64,000 bases of DNA from an uncultured bacterium (GCA_964631325.1 CAZVWJ010000001.1:31075-95074); one strand, 5' to 3'; shown: positions 10,670-20,226, counted from the stretch's first letter. The notes: a model not told the origin generated them from the letters alone. Translations and numbers: made by a program.

Positions 10670-10780
10670 TATAGATCTCTCTTTTATTATGGAAGTCATA
10701 GGAGAGAATAACATAAAAAATTTCAATTTTTCACAACTCGACAACTCGGGACGGTTCAAATTTTCGGGTTCGCCACTATT

Positions 10781-10861
10781 TTTTATGTATTTTTATACAT
10801 AAAATGTGCTTTATGTATAAATCTACATAAGCTTGACTTTTTGTATATTAATACATAAACT
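10781..10861 (+). promoter_or_regulatory. hipBA promoter with three palindromic operators
   Basis: TATGTAT-N4-ATACATA-like sites centred at 10792.5, 10820.5 and 10848.5 (28-bp period); -35 TTGACT 10833-38, 17-bp spacer, -10 TAAACT 10856-61. Confidence 0.8.
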
Positions 10862-10906
10862 TTGGAAAAGTTTCGATTGAACAATTTACAGAAAGTGTGA
10901 TCTCTG

Positions 10907-11227
10907 ATGAAAACAATTCGAACTTTAGAGGGATTTGGGCGCTATCTCCGAAAATTGAGAAAAAATAAGGATTGGACTCAAAAAGAACTTGCGGAGAGAG
11001 CAAATTGTGAACAACGAACTATATCTAAATTAGAGAATGGAAACGGCGTCCATTTCCGCACTGCGCTCGATGTGATACAAACCCTGGGAGGAGATTTGGG
11101 AGTAGAGGGTTTGACTTCACGTAAAAAAGAGAAAAACGGAAATTCACTACCTTCAATAGAAAAAGAAAATCTTGGAGTGGAGAGAAAATGTCGGTCTGTG
11201 GAATCTGAGGATGAAACAAAACAGTGA
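10907..11227 (+). CDS. hipB: HipB-like XRE HTH antitoxin
   Basis: LRKLRK..WTQKELAERAN...TISKLENG; GTGA overlap with hipA. Confidence 0.85.
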   Translation: MKTIRTLEGFGRYLRKLRKNKDWTQKELAERANCEQRTISKLENGNGVHFRTALDVIQTLGGDLGVEGLTSRKKEKNGNSLPSIEKENLGVERKCRSVESEDETKQ

Positions 11228-12597
11228 GTTTGGATGTGTATCTCAGGGATCAAAAGGTTGGAACTTATAAGCGCAGTGAGGAAGGCGGAGATATTTTTAC
11301 ATATCTCCCTAAAATTGTAGAAGAGGATCGTTTCCCACCTATTTCCTTATCCTTACCAAAAAGAGAAGAACCATATCGAGGCACGACGGTAGAACGGGCT
11401 TTCCTTCATCTGCTTCCTGATAGTCCAGAAGACAGGGAAAAATTAGCCGCGGATGAACATTTGGAGGATGCATCTCCGTATTCACTTTTAAGTGAATACG
11501 GCCAGGATTGTATCGGGGCACTTCGATTTTTACCCGAGGGGGTGGCGCATGAAAAAATAAAAAAATTTGAGCCGCTCCAGGAAGAGGATATTGCCGAAAT
11601 TATTCAGTCATTGAAATATCATCCAGTTCCCAGAGTTGGGGATCGAAAAATACGGCTCTCACTCGCTGGAACGCAGGAGAAAACGGCTCTTACATGGGAT
11701 CTGGAAGAGGAACAATGGTGCTGGCCGGAAGGTGAAGCTCCATCAACTCATATTTTTAAACCTCCTATGAAAGACGAGAGATTTTTTGATTCTCATATAA
11801 ATGAATATGCCTCAATGAAATTTTTTAGTGCTCTGGGGGCTTCCGTTCCCAAAGTTGAACTATTAGAATTCGAAGGACGATATGAAACAGTCACTGCGCT
11901 TTGTATTCAAAGATTTGACAGACAGGAGATTGAGCGAGGAATTATTCGACTCCACCAGGAAGATTTTTGTAGAGCTTTGGGAAGGGCGGATAAATATGAG
12001 CGAACAGATCCCGAGGGCAATCCAAAGGAAAGACTTGCTCATATTTGTTTGGATTTACTCAACATGACGGATGATCGCCATCAGGAACAATTAAAATTTA
12101 TCCAGGGACTAATCCTTCAATGGATTTTAGCAGCCACAGATGGCCATGCTAAAAATTATGGGATATTCCTGGAAGAACAGAAAATACGCATGACTCCCTT
12201 TTATGATGTTATGTCCGGTGAACCATATAATCGGAATAACCCACTTTCTGATAAAGACGCTTTAACTATTGGATCATCTCAGGGCTGGGCAAGTGGAAAA
12301 CGTCCGTTCCACCTTGATCAAGATCTGGCAATGTCATTGGGCGCCCCCCCAAAAACAAAAATCAATGAGGTTAAACCACAAGATTTTATTAATTTGGCTG
12401 AAGTTAAAGGTTGCCGTCTGGCCGCGAGTGATATTTACGAGATAATGGAGAATACTTTTAAAAGAATTCCAGCCGGAATCAAAATTCTCAGAGAAGATAC
12501 ACGTTTGAGGAAGTTTGGTAAACGTAAGCAAAGAATAATCGATCCAATGATTGAAGGTATTGAAAAAAGAAGATCGGTCTTAAATGATTTTTTATAA
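11224..12597 (+). CDS. hipA: HipA-family Ser/Thr kinase toxin
   Basis: N-terminal couple_hipA (ISLSLP, LLPD), LSLAGTQEK, THIFKP, HQEDFC, DGHAKNY, PFYDV. Confidence 0.93.
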   Translation: MSLDVYLRDQKVGTYKRSEEGGDIFTYLPKIVEEDRFPPISLSLPKREEPYRGTTVERAFLHLLPDSPEDREKLAADEHLEDASPYSLLSEYGQDCIGALRFLPEGVAHEKIKKFEPLQEEDIAEIIQSLKYHPVPRVGDRKIRLSLAGTQEKTALTWDLEEEQWCWPEGEAPSTHIFKPPMKDERFFDSHINEYASMKFFSALGASVPKVELLEFEGRYETVTALCIQRFDRQEIERGIIRLHQEDFCRALGRADKYERTDPEGNPKERLAHICLDLLNMTDDRHQEQLKFIQGLILQWILAATDGHAKNYGIFLEEQKIRMTPFYDVMSGEPYNRNNPLSDKDALTIGSSQGWASGKRPFHLDQDLAMSLGAPPKTKINEVKPQDFINLAEVKGCRLAASDIYEIMENTFKRIPAGIKILREDTRLRKFGKRKQRIIDPMIEGIEKRRSVLNDFL

Positions 12598-12693
12598 GAA
12601 CAAAGGTATTATTTAACAGTTCCTTTACGGAGCAGGTCTATGGGGGTGGACAGAGGGAATAATATTTTCAAAAGAAAAAGAGGTGTAAACACA

Positions 12694-13938
12694 TTGTCCG
12701 TTCGCACGGATTTATTTTTTGAGCTGCTCTCCGATCATCACGGAGTTCTCGAGGAAATTCAGCGCGAGAAACAGGCCGGTGAAAACCGGGTGAGGACCCT
12801 TATCGAGGAATACCGTGAAGAGTCGGACGACCGGTCGGTCGAATATATTTTTCACCGCCTGCGCGAGGCCCGAATTTTACAGCCCCTGACCGAACAGCAC
12901 GACAGCGTCTTCGAGGTTGCTCCTTCCGTTCGTGACGTCCTGCGGTTCGTGAACCAGGATTACAGTATTTTAGGCATTGAGAGCATAGAATCATATTTTG
13001 AAATTATGGATCGTAATCGGAAGAACCTCGGTCAGGCAATTCGCCGGATGGAATCGGGCGAGGCAAAGATGCGGCTGGGAAACATCGACGAGGCCCTGAG
13101 AAACGTGCACCGGGAGGTGGTGCAGAACCGCCAGTCCATCGAAAGACGGGTGGATGAACTGAATCAGTCCGGGGGGGATGGTCGATCACTCAAAAAACGA
13201 TTCCAGATCATTGAAACACTGTGGCAGGAATACGTAAAACCACTCGGAAAACTCGTTGATCCGGAAGAACGCCCCCGAGAGATCCTTTCAAGGGTGGGGA
13301 AACTTTTACAGGAGGGGCGGGAAACGTTCTCCCAAATTTCGGATTTGTCGAGTTCCTTCCGGTATAGTTTCCAGCGTCTCCAGTATTTTCTCGACGTGTT
13401 CCAACGTAGTTTCGACGCAGTTCGAACTGAAATTCAGCCCCTTCGGAAGAAATATCGGCACAATGATCGGTTCCTCCAGGGGGCCTCCCACTTTCTCGAA
13501 GCCGAACGCCGGGAACGGGACCCCGGAATTGATGCGGATCAGTGGTTCCAGTTTCCATTGTCACGGAGCCAGGGAATTTCAGACGACCGGGAGATTCAAA
13601 AACACTTTCGGAAACTGTTCCGGTATGAACCGTCCCACTCCGTCCGCTTGAACCCGCCCGGCGAAGAAGAAACAACGACATACGTTTCCCCCTTTGAAAT
13701 TGCCCGGGAACTCGAGGAGGACCCCGATGTGAACGACGTGATGAAGGCAATCATCAACCGGGAACGTTCCCTTTCGCTTAAAGTGATATTACAGGCGTAT
13801 GGTTACTGCTATCGGAGCTGGGAGGAATTCAATCAGAAATCTCAGAAACAAATCTATCAACACGAGGAGACCGAATTACGGCTTTATCCCATCCACCGGC
13901 GAAACGCGGAGGTCATCACGGAATCCAGTGGAGAATGA
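12694..13938 (+). CDS. MksF/JetA-like (kleisin) subunit of an SMC system
   Basis: First gene of the SMC operon; wHTH-like N-terminus, helical middle, size about 415 aa; GAGGTG RBS before TTG 12694 (the ORF extends to 12640). Confidence 0.6.
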   Translation: MSVRTDLFFELLSDHHGVLEEIQREKQAGENRVRTLIEEYREESDDRSVEYIFHRLREARILQPLTEQHDSVFEVAPSVRDVLRFVNQDYSILGIESIESYFEIMDRNRKNLGQAIRRMESGEAKMRLGNIDEALRNVHREVVQNRQSIERRVDELNQSGGDGRSLKKRFQIIETLWQEYVKPLGKLVDPEERPREILSRVGKLLQEGRETFSQISDLSSSFRYSFQRLQYFLDVFQRSFDAVRTEIQPLRKKYRHNDRFLQGASHFLEAERRERDPGIDADQWFQFPLSRSQGISDDREIQKHFRKLFRYEPSHSVRLNPPGEEETTTYVSPFEIARELEEDPDVNDVMKAIINRERSLSLKVILQAYGYCYRSWEEFNQKSQKQIYQHEETELRLYPIHRRNAEVITESSGE

Positions 13939-14488
13939 AAACTCAATTTTGGGCACCTCACTCCCGAAGTTGGACGACATTTACGAACTCCTTCGTAAGG
14001 GACGGCATATTACCCGGCAGGAATCGGAGGTCTTCCACCATTTGGAACAACACGAACAGGCCTACCGAGAGTTGTTTAGTCAGCTCGGATACGAGTTAAC
14101 CCGACACGAGAAGGATTTCTTCTACTTCCAGAAGTCCGAGCACCTCTCGAACTACGGACGGAAGTTTGCTGCGTTTGTATTCGTCATTATCGACTACTAC
14201 GCCGACCGAGGACGGTTCCCGGAGGATCTTTTAACCCAGGAAACGTTCAAGATCGACGAAAAACCTTTCGTCAACCATGAGAAGAGACGTTACCGGGACG
14301 TGCTCGAGAAAGCCGGGATAGACTTTGACGAACCCCGACCTTTCGACCGGCTCCTGAGTGACCTGGAACGGTTTGGATTCGTCGAGCGCGACGGTGTTTA
14401 CCATTTTCGCTTCAGGAAACCGATCTACCGGTTTCTGGATTTGGCTGAGGACATTGCCACCCAAGCCGCGAAGGAGGAAAGCCCGTGA
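13928..14488 (+). CDS. MksE/JetB-like (kite, wHTH) subunit
   Basis: IYELLRKGRHI...LFSQLGYEL...DFFYF pattern; overlaps both neighbours; start uncertain (GTG 13928). Confidence 0.6.
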   Translation: MENENSILGTSLPKLDDIYELLRKGRHITRQESEVFHHLEQHEQAYRELFSQLGYELTRHEKDFFYFQKSEHLSNYGRKFAAFVFVIIDYYADRGRFPEDLLTQETFKIDEKPFVNHEKRRYRDVLEKAGIDFDEPRPFDRLLSDLERFGFVERDGVYHFRFRKPIYRFLDLAEDIATQAAKEESP

Positions 14489-17292
14489 ATCAACCAATCC
14501 GCTTGATATTGATTAACTCCGGGACCTTTGGCCGGGCGGAAGTGGACCTGAGCCGGGTATCTCACTTCGTGGCCAAGAACAACCTCGGGAAGACCTCGCT
14601 TATGACGACCCTACAGTTCCTGTACGTGAGTAACCACAACAAACACCAGTTCCCCACGTCACTCCGGGAAACACGGAAGCATTACTTCCCCACCAGAAAA
14701 AGTTACGTCCTATTCGAATGTCGGACTGCCGGAGGCCTGAAGACGGTCCTGTTCCGGGGAAAAGGAGAACTCGAGGATTATGATTTCGAACGAAAACTAT
14801 ATGGGGGTCCCTACCGGGAAGAATTTTTCCTGTGCGATGGAGAAAATTTAGAAGTCCACGCCCCGGAGGACACGGACCAATTCATTGCCGGGGAAGGACT
14901 GGATTACTACGTCCTGGATCCACGCAAACACCGGGCCGCGCTCCGGGGCACTTCCAATAACCAATCCATCAACCTCGGTCTGGTTCCCACGGCCACCGAA
15001 GACGATTACATCCAGTTTTGCGATCTGTACGTGGGCTTACTCCAGTTGAGTGACCTGCGTCAGGAACGCATCGAAGATCTCTTTATCCAAGTTCACGAAC
15101 GCGATCTATCCACCAAGACCGTCTCGCTCTACGATCACTCTGACGAGTGGGAATCAATACTTGAGAAACAGCGCCAGCTTCAAGTATTCCAGACTCAAAA
15201 AACCGCTATAGACAATCTACTTATGCAGTGGAGGGAGTTCCGGAAAAACCTCCGGCACGTGAAGGAACTGGCGCCAAAGCTCCGTGGAGCCTACCGCGAC
15301 CGGCTTGCTTCCATTCAGAGTCAACAGGAGGAGATCAAACAGGAAAAGAAGACACTCGACGAGCGGATGGAGGAGTTGAAATCAAAACGAAGACAACTCC
15401 GGAAGGAACGCGACGGCGTGCTCGAAAATAAGGCTCGGGAGGAACAGAAACGTGATGATCTCCAGGATGGGTTCGAGCAGTTCGAGAATTTCGACGTGAA
15501 CTGGACGCGGCAAGAAGTCCGCAATCTCAAACGCTCTGTCCAGTCCCTGCAAACGAAGCTGGACAGGTCCCTGGAAAAATCCGAAACCGAATATAAACAC
15601 GAAATCGGCGAACTCAACGCGAAGTTGGAAACCATTGAGACGAAAATAGAGGGATGTGAGAACTCATTTTATTCTCTGCTGAAAGACGAGTTCGACCACG
15701 AGCAACTGGAGGTGTTGTTCACCCTTTTAAACCCCACCATTCTCGGGGTGTCCACGGAAGCAAAAGGAGTTGGCCTGGAAAGTTCCGTCGGATTTTATTC
15801 GACGCTTGGAGACCTGCTCGAGCGTTACGATGAACCGGACTGGCAATTTGATTTCGGCCGGTTTTCCCTGGAGTCACCAGTGCTTGAAGCCCCCAACATT
15901 GACGTGCTTGAGAATCCTCGGCTCCTCCGGGTAAAGCGGGAAAAAATGAAGCAACAATTGAGCCAGCTTCGCGATTTGCTCGAACGACGCCGGGATCAGG
16001 ATGAAATAGAAGAGGAAATCCACGAGAAAGAATCCGCGTTGAAATCAAAACAAAAGAAGCTCCACGAGTATGAAAGTTTCATGGAGCAGCAACCGGCGGA
16101 GAAACATTCTGAACTCGAGCAGAATATTGAGAGTTTAACGACCCGAGCCCAGACTCTTGAACAACAGATTGAAGAACACGATGATAGTATCGAATCTTTG
16201 AACGAAAATCTCCAGCAACTTGACCGCAAGCGCAAGCAACTGGAGACTCGCCGTGATTCCACAAAAAAGGACTACGAGCAATGTATGAACTCCGTCGAGC
16301 AGTTGTCGGAGGAAACGAGCCAGCGCCTCCCCGAGGCCGAAGAGGCGGAAACGGAAAAGACATTCAACGAACTGGTGGAAAGCTGGGAGCAAAGCCTCGA
16401 AGAATTTTGGAGCCAGGAATACTCCATCAATAAATCCCTGGAGTTTTTAAGAGATAATTTGCCGGATTATCGAATTAAGGGATCAGACCGGAAACAGGCA
16501 ATACAAGAATTAAAGGAGCGAAACGAGGCCTTTGAACAACGCAAACAGGACCTGGGTCGAGAGTGGCAGGACGCACTCACATCGCTTTCGAGCGTCAGTG
16601 AAAATTTGCTTGAAAGTTTGGAGGTGCTGGCTCGGAAGGTAAATCAACTGAATCACCGAATGAACCGACAGCAGGTCTCGAACTTGGAATACGTCCGGCT
16701 TAACTTCGACCGCCGTACCGAAGACGTCGAGTCGCTGAAGAGAACTATCCAGGCCGGCCGACAGGAACAGGACCTCTTCGATGTCGACGGTCAACTCAAG
16801 CTAACCATTGAACGACTGCAGAATCTAGCGCGAGCAAAGGAAAAACTTCGTATCAGAGATTTGTTCGGGTTGACGTTTGAAGTAAAAAAATCCGACGGAC
16901 CCGGGCGACAATACGCGGATCTGAGTCAAATCCAGAGTCGGGGTACGACGATTACAATCAAGGTTTTGTTCGGTCTCATTCTGCTCAACGGACTGCTTGA
17001 GTCCAGTGGCCCCACCGAGGTACGAATTCCCTTTCTCATCGACGAAGTTCTCCAGTTGGACGGGGACAATATACTTTCCATCCGGCGCCTAGCAGAGCGG
17101 CTTCATTTTGTTCCATTTTTTAACGGAACAACGGAGATTGACGGCACGGACGTTATATATCTTATGCGCGAATACAACGACGGAAAGGTTTACCTGGAGG
17201 AACATCATCGGATCGAACTTAATCGGAAGAACCCGGTCGTCGACGGCTCCGCCCGTGAATCGGAGGCTGGAACCGTGGATTCGGAGTCATGA
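14485..17292 (+). CDS. Short SMC-family ATPase, MksB/JetC-like
   Basis: Walker A AKNNLGKTS, long coiled coils with central hinge-like break, signature QSRGTT, Walker B FLIDE, D-loop LQLD. Confidence 0.85.
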   Translation: MNQPIRLILINSGTFGRAEVDLSRVSHFVAKNNLGKTSLMTTLQFLYVSNHNKHQFPTSLRETRKHYFPTRKSYVLFECRTAGGLKTVLFRGKGELEDYDFERKLYGGPYREEFFLCDGENLEVHAPEDTDQFIAGEGLDYYVLDPRKHRAALRGTSNNQSINLGLVPTATEDDYIQFCDLYVGLLQLSDLRQERIEDLFIQVHERDLSTKTVSLYDHSDEWESILEKQRQLQVFQTQKTAIDNLLMQWREFRKNLRHVKELAPKLRGAYRDRLASIQSQQEEIKQEKKTLDERMEELKSKRRQLRKERDGVLENKAREEQKRDDLQDGFEQFENFDVNWTRQEVRNLKRSVQSLQTKLDRSLEKSETEYKHEIGELNAKLETIETKIEGCENSFYSLLKDEFDHEQLEVLFTLLNPTILGVSTEAKGVGLESSVGFYSTLGDLLERYDEPDWQFDFGRFSLESPVLEAPNIDVLENPRLLRVKREKMKQQLSQLRDLLERRRDQDEIEEEIHEKESALKSKQKKLHEYESFMEQQPAEKHSELEQNIESLTTRAQTLEQQIEEHDDSIESLNENLQQLDRKRKQLETRRDSTKKDYEQCMNSVEQLSEETSQRLPEAEEAETEKTFNELVESWEQSLEEFWSQEYSINKSLEFLRDNLPDYRIKGSDRKQAIQELKERNEAFEQRKQDLGREWQDALTSLSSVSENLLESLEVLARKVNQLNHRMNRQQVSNLEYVRLNFDRRTEDVESLKRTIQAGRQEQDLFDVDGQLKLTIERLQNLARAKEKLRIRDLFGLTFEVKKSDGPGRQYADLSQIQSRGTTITIKVLFGLILLNGLLESSGPTEVRIPFLIDEVLQLDGDNILSIRRLAERLHFVPFFNGTTEIDGTDVIYLMREYNDGKVYLEEHHRIELNRKNPVVDGSARESEAGTVDSES

Positions 17293-18170
17293 CTTCTTAC
17301 GTTGATGCCCTTGCCGGGCTTCTGGACACGCTCCTAACTAAAGGATCCATTCCGAAAAGCTCCCTGTCAGAAAAACAGCGAACTGCACTCGAACCTCTGT
17401 TTACGGGCCAAATTCTGAAAACCGAACCGCGCGGACGAGGCCAGAGCGTAACAGTCCAGAGCTCCGAAGGATTAGAGAAGTTCGTGGAACAACGTTATCC
17501 TTCCGGTTTAAAAGGCGAGGGTAGTAACACAAACTTGTCTCGTAAATCAGCTATTGAGACCCGGCGTGACAGCAAGTTATCCGGAATTGCTCTCGATAAA
17601 CTTCACGTGTTCAGAGTATTTGTTCGGGAACGATTAGTGCATACCGCGGGAGACGTGGAACCGCTCCGATCAACCCGGAGGGCGGGCTTGTATTCCATCC
17701 GGGGTGAACAACTACATCAGTGGGAACTGAACGGAACCCTCGGGACCGTAGAAAACTGGGAACTGTTCAACCACATGGAGACTCTCGATACATTCGAAGA
17801 TGTAGAAGTTCCTCCCACCTTTCTTTATACCGGAGGCAACCTCTCGAATGACGTGTTTGAGTGGTTGGGAAACCGGAAAAATTTGGAGGGAGTAGTTCAC
17901 TTCGGAGATTACGATCCTGTGGGATTGCGAGAATACAACCGGTTGAAAGTGAAATTGAATACTCCCGTCCGATTCCATCGTCCCCCAAACCTGCCGCAAT
18001 TATTCGAAACATATTCCAAAAAGTCGCTTCTTGCTCGGGAAGGGAGCCGTAAAATATTTGAGCGAGTTCGAGCGACCCTTTCGGACGATCCCGAGGTCTC
18101 TAAAATAATCGAACTCATCGAGAAACACAACGCCGGTCTCGAACAGGAAATATTGGCGGAGGGGTATTAA
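17289..18170 (+). CDS. JetD/MksG-like Toprim nuclease (DUF2220-like C-terminus)
   Basis: VENWE (catalytic Glu), HFGDYDP (DxD), terminal LEQE; ATGA overlap with the SMC gene. Confidence 0.75.
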   Translation: MTSYVDALAGLLDTLLTKGSIPKSSLSEKQRTALEPLFTGQILKTEPRGRGQSVTVQSSEGLEKFVEQRYPSGLKGEGSNTNLSRKSAIETRRDSKLSGIALDKLHVFRVFVRERLVHTAGDVEPLRSTRRAGLYSIRGEQLHQWELNGTLGTVENWELFNHMETLDTFEDVEVPPTFLYTGGNLSNDVFEWLGNRKNLEGVVHFGDYDPVGLREYNRLKVKLNTPVRFHRPPNLPQLFETYSKKSLLAREGSRKIFERVRATLSDDPEVSKIIELIEKHNAGLEQEILAEGY

Positions 18171-18412
18171 TGTGGATGTAAGCCGAAATGCAGCAGGAAG
18201 TGGAGAGGAGAGTAAGCGGTTGCGGAAAAGGTGTATCCTTCAATTGAACCTTGCCGAAATTTTGTTGTTTAATTTAATCGGGACGGGGGTTGAGATTTGA
18301 GTTTTATTGGTTTCCGTAATTCGATTTGGTTCGCAGTTACACTTTAGCTACCAGCCACCCAAAGTGTCAGCCATATTGAACGGTATAAATCTCTAACAGG
18401 AGGTACATTATC

Positions 18413-19396
18413 ATGAGTTCCGACAAAGGTCTTTCTATCGAAGAACTTGAAAGGAAAGCAGAAAAAGCTGATTTCTCTGAAGTAGAAGGAACAGCGGATG
18501 ATTCCATAGGAGGAGCGATGAGTGTTGAATCGCTCCGGCTTCCCGATGATATTTGCCAGTGAACCGGTCGGAAAACTGGCCACGATGGCGTTCAAGGAAC
18601 AAAGCGGTGCCCTGATGGCTTACATGAACCATAAAGGAATACGGGGAGGACTCTCGGAAGGACCGATCCGTCGAAACGAACTCCTGCTTATTTTACCGTG
18701 GAACAACCGAATTCACACGTTTACGTCGCCTCCCCCCAACAAGATCCACCGGCAATCGCTTCAGCACTGGATCAATTCGTTCGTGGCCCCTCCTAATCCA
18801 ATCCGGGGGCGGGGACCCGGATCCAATTACCACTCCGGGAAACCGGACGTTGAATCCGTCGTCGACGGCCTTCTCGATCGACCTGAGCCGGACGAACCGG
18901 TAGCGGTCGTGGCCATGCCAGAATTTCTCACCCGGATGACGGAATCACTAACCACCATCGATATTCACGGTGAGCAGATTCAACTCAATCCGTTAACCGG
19001 TCGGGAGATGCTCAAACGATACATTGAGAAACACTCCCCTATTACTTCACCGACTCCCGGTCATTGAGGCCTGCTAAAGAGGCCAAAATTCATGTGGATT
19101 ACGACTACCGGTCGGATCATGGCGCCTATATACGAATCAAAGCGTTCGCTCTCAAGGACGGAGAACGTATTTCGGGCTGGGGATATCTGCCCGATATGGT
19201 CCACGGACACGGAGAAGGAACTGCCACGGCGAAATTATCCTACCACGGCTGGGGCGAGGAAGATATTCCCAAGAGAACGGAGCAACTCGAACTCCTTATG
19301 AGCAGCTATCGGACCGGGGTTTTTTACCGCAAGGCCATCGATTTACCGATTACCTGGGGCGGCGAAAAGAAGAATTATTACTATAACCACCAGTAG
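18413..19396 (+). pseudogene. Fragmented gene: 5'-nucleotidase C-terminal domain plus unknown C-terminal domain (ORFs 18413-18562, 18522-19067, 19064-19396)
   Basis: SEPVGKLA..A...MNHKGIRGGLSEGPI..NELLLILPWNN matches the 5'-NT C domain; AGGAGG RBS before ATG 18413; first and third ORFs share a frame. Confidence 0.55.
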
Positions 19397-19689
19397 GAAA
19401 TCATAAATATCTTCCTTGACCGGTGGAATTATAAAATTTTTGCTCCCATAAACTGATATGCTCCAATAAAATGTATTTAGTTGTCTTCAATTAAAATGAT
19501 TTTTAGTCGCATAAATAGCTTTTAGGGACTTGCCGATCTTTCAGCTCTGTGAACTGATTATATAGCATGGTAATTGTTTAGCCTCCCCTGGAAAATGCGA
19601 ATCGCACACCCTGTGGAACACATTCACAGGGCAGATGGTTCACATTAGCAGAGATTAGAAAAAATTTTGGTTGGCAACTTTTTGCTGGA

Positions 19690-20226
19690 GTGGTGAAACA
19701 AGTGTTAGAAAAACAAGATATCCTCATCTGGATCAAACTATTAATAGAGGACAATGAGAACTTGACGGTTAAAAAAGTTGCCGAAGACCTGGGTTTTCGG
19801 CAGATGGAAATCCTGGATGCCCTTGACACGGGTGAAAAGGAGGGAGTATTTGACCCGGACAAAGGGCTTATACTTCCGGACGCGTTTCTTAATCTTCTCC
19901 GGGATTTACCAAATGTCCTTTACGTCGAACCGGAGAAGCGAAAAAAAGGGATGCCCACGGCGATTTCCGGTCCGCCCCTCTCCCGTGAATTTGATTTCCA
20001 AGACAAGGACGATTACGTCTGGGCAAACTCCCGCGGCCGTAAGCAGGGGTTGGTAATAAAACCACTGCATTCCAAGGTCCCCAGGCTGGCCCGCCGGGAT
20101 AAAAATTTATACGAATGGCTAAACCTGGTGGAGACAATCCGAATTGGCCGGCCGCAGGAACGGGTGCTGGCCTTCGACAAAATAGAAAAACGCCTGCGAG
20201 ATCTCCGGAACAAAATTAAAAATTAA
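19690..20226 (+). CDS. wHTH-containing conserved hypothetical protein (putative antitoxin/regulator type)
   Basis: LEKQDILIWIKL, GMPTA, VW...G, PLH..VP..A..D..LYEWL.LVETIR.GR..ER pattern. Confidence 0.6.
   Translation: MVKQVLEKQDILIWIKLLIEDNENLTVKKVAEDLGFRQMEILDALDTGEKEGVFDPDKGLILPDAFLNLLRDLPNVLYVEPEKRKKGMPTAISGPPLSREFDFQDKDDYVWANSRGRKQGLVIKPLHSKVPRLARRDKNLYEWLNLVETIRIGRPQERVLAFDKIEKRLRDLRNKIKN

Noticed and set aside
13208-13750. 180-aa antisense ORF and other overlapping or antisense ORFs in the track (e.g. 38353-39045, 31883-32368)
   Set aside because: Shadow frames of well-supported genes, with no motifs or RBS.
10746-18285. 9-bp direct repeat TCGGGACGG flanking hipBA-SMC as att sites
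   Set aside because: Too short; such a match is plausible by chance between two intergenic stretches, and there is no integrase.
18413-18562. 49-aa ORF as a RiPP precursor (LSIEELE ... IGG leader-like)
   Set aside because: No modifying enzyme or transporter nearby; better explained as the N-terminal piece of the frameshifted 5'-NT domain gene.
19608-19635. Hairpin CCCTGTG...CACAGGG upstream of the wHTH gene as a riboswitch
   Set aside because: Single short stem with no riboswitch consensus; may be a relative of the small repeat cassette.
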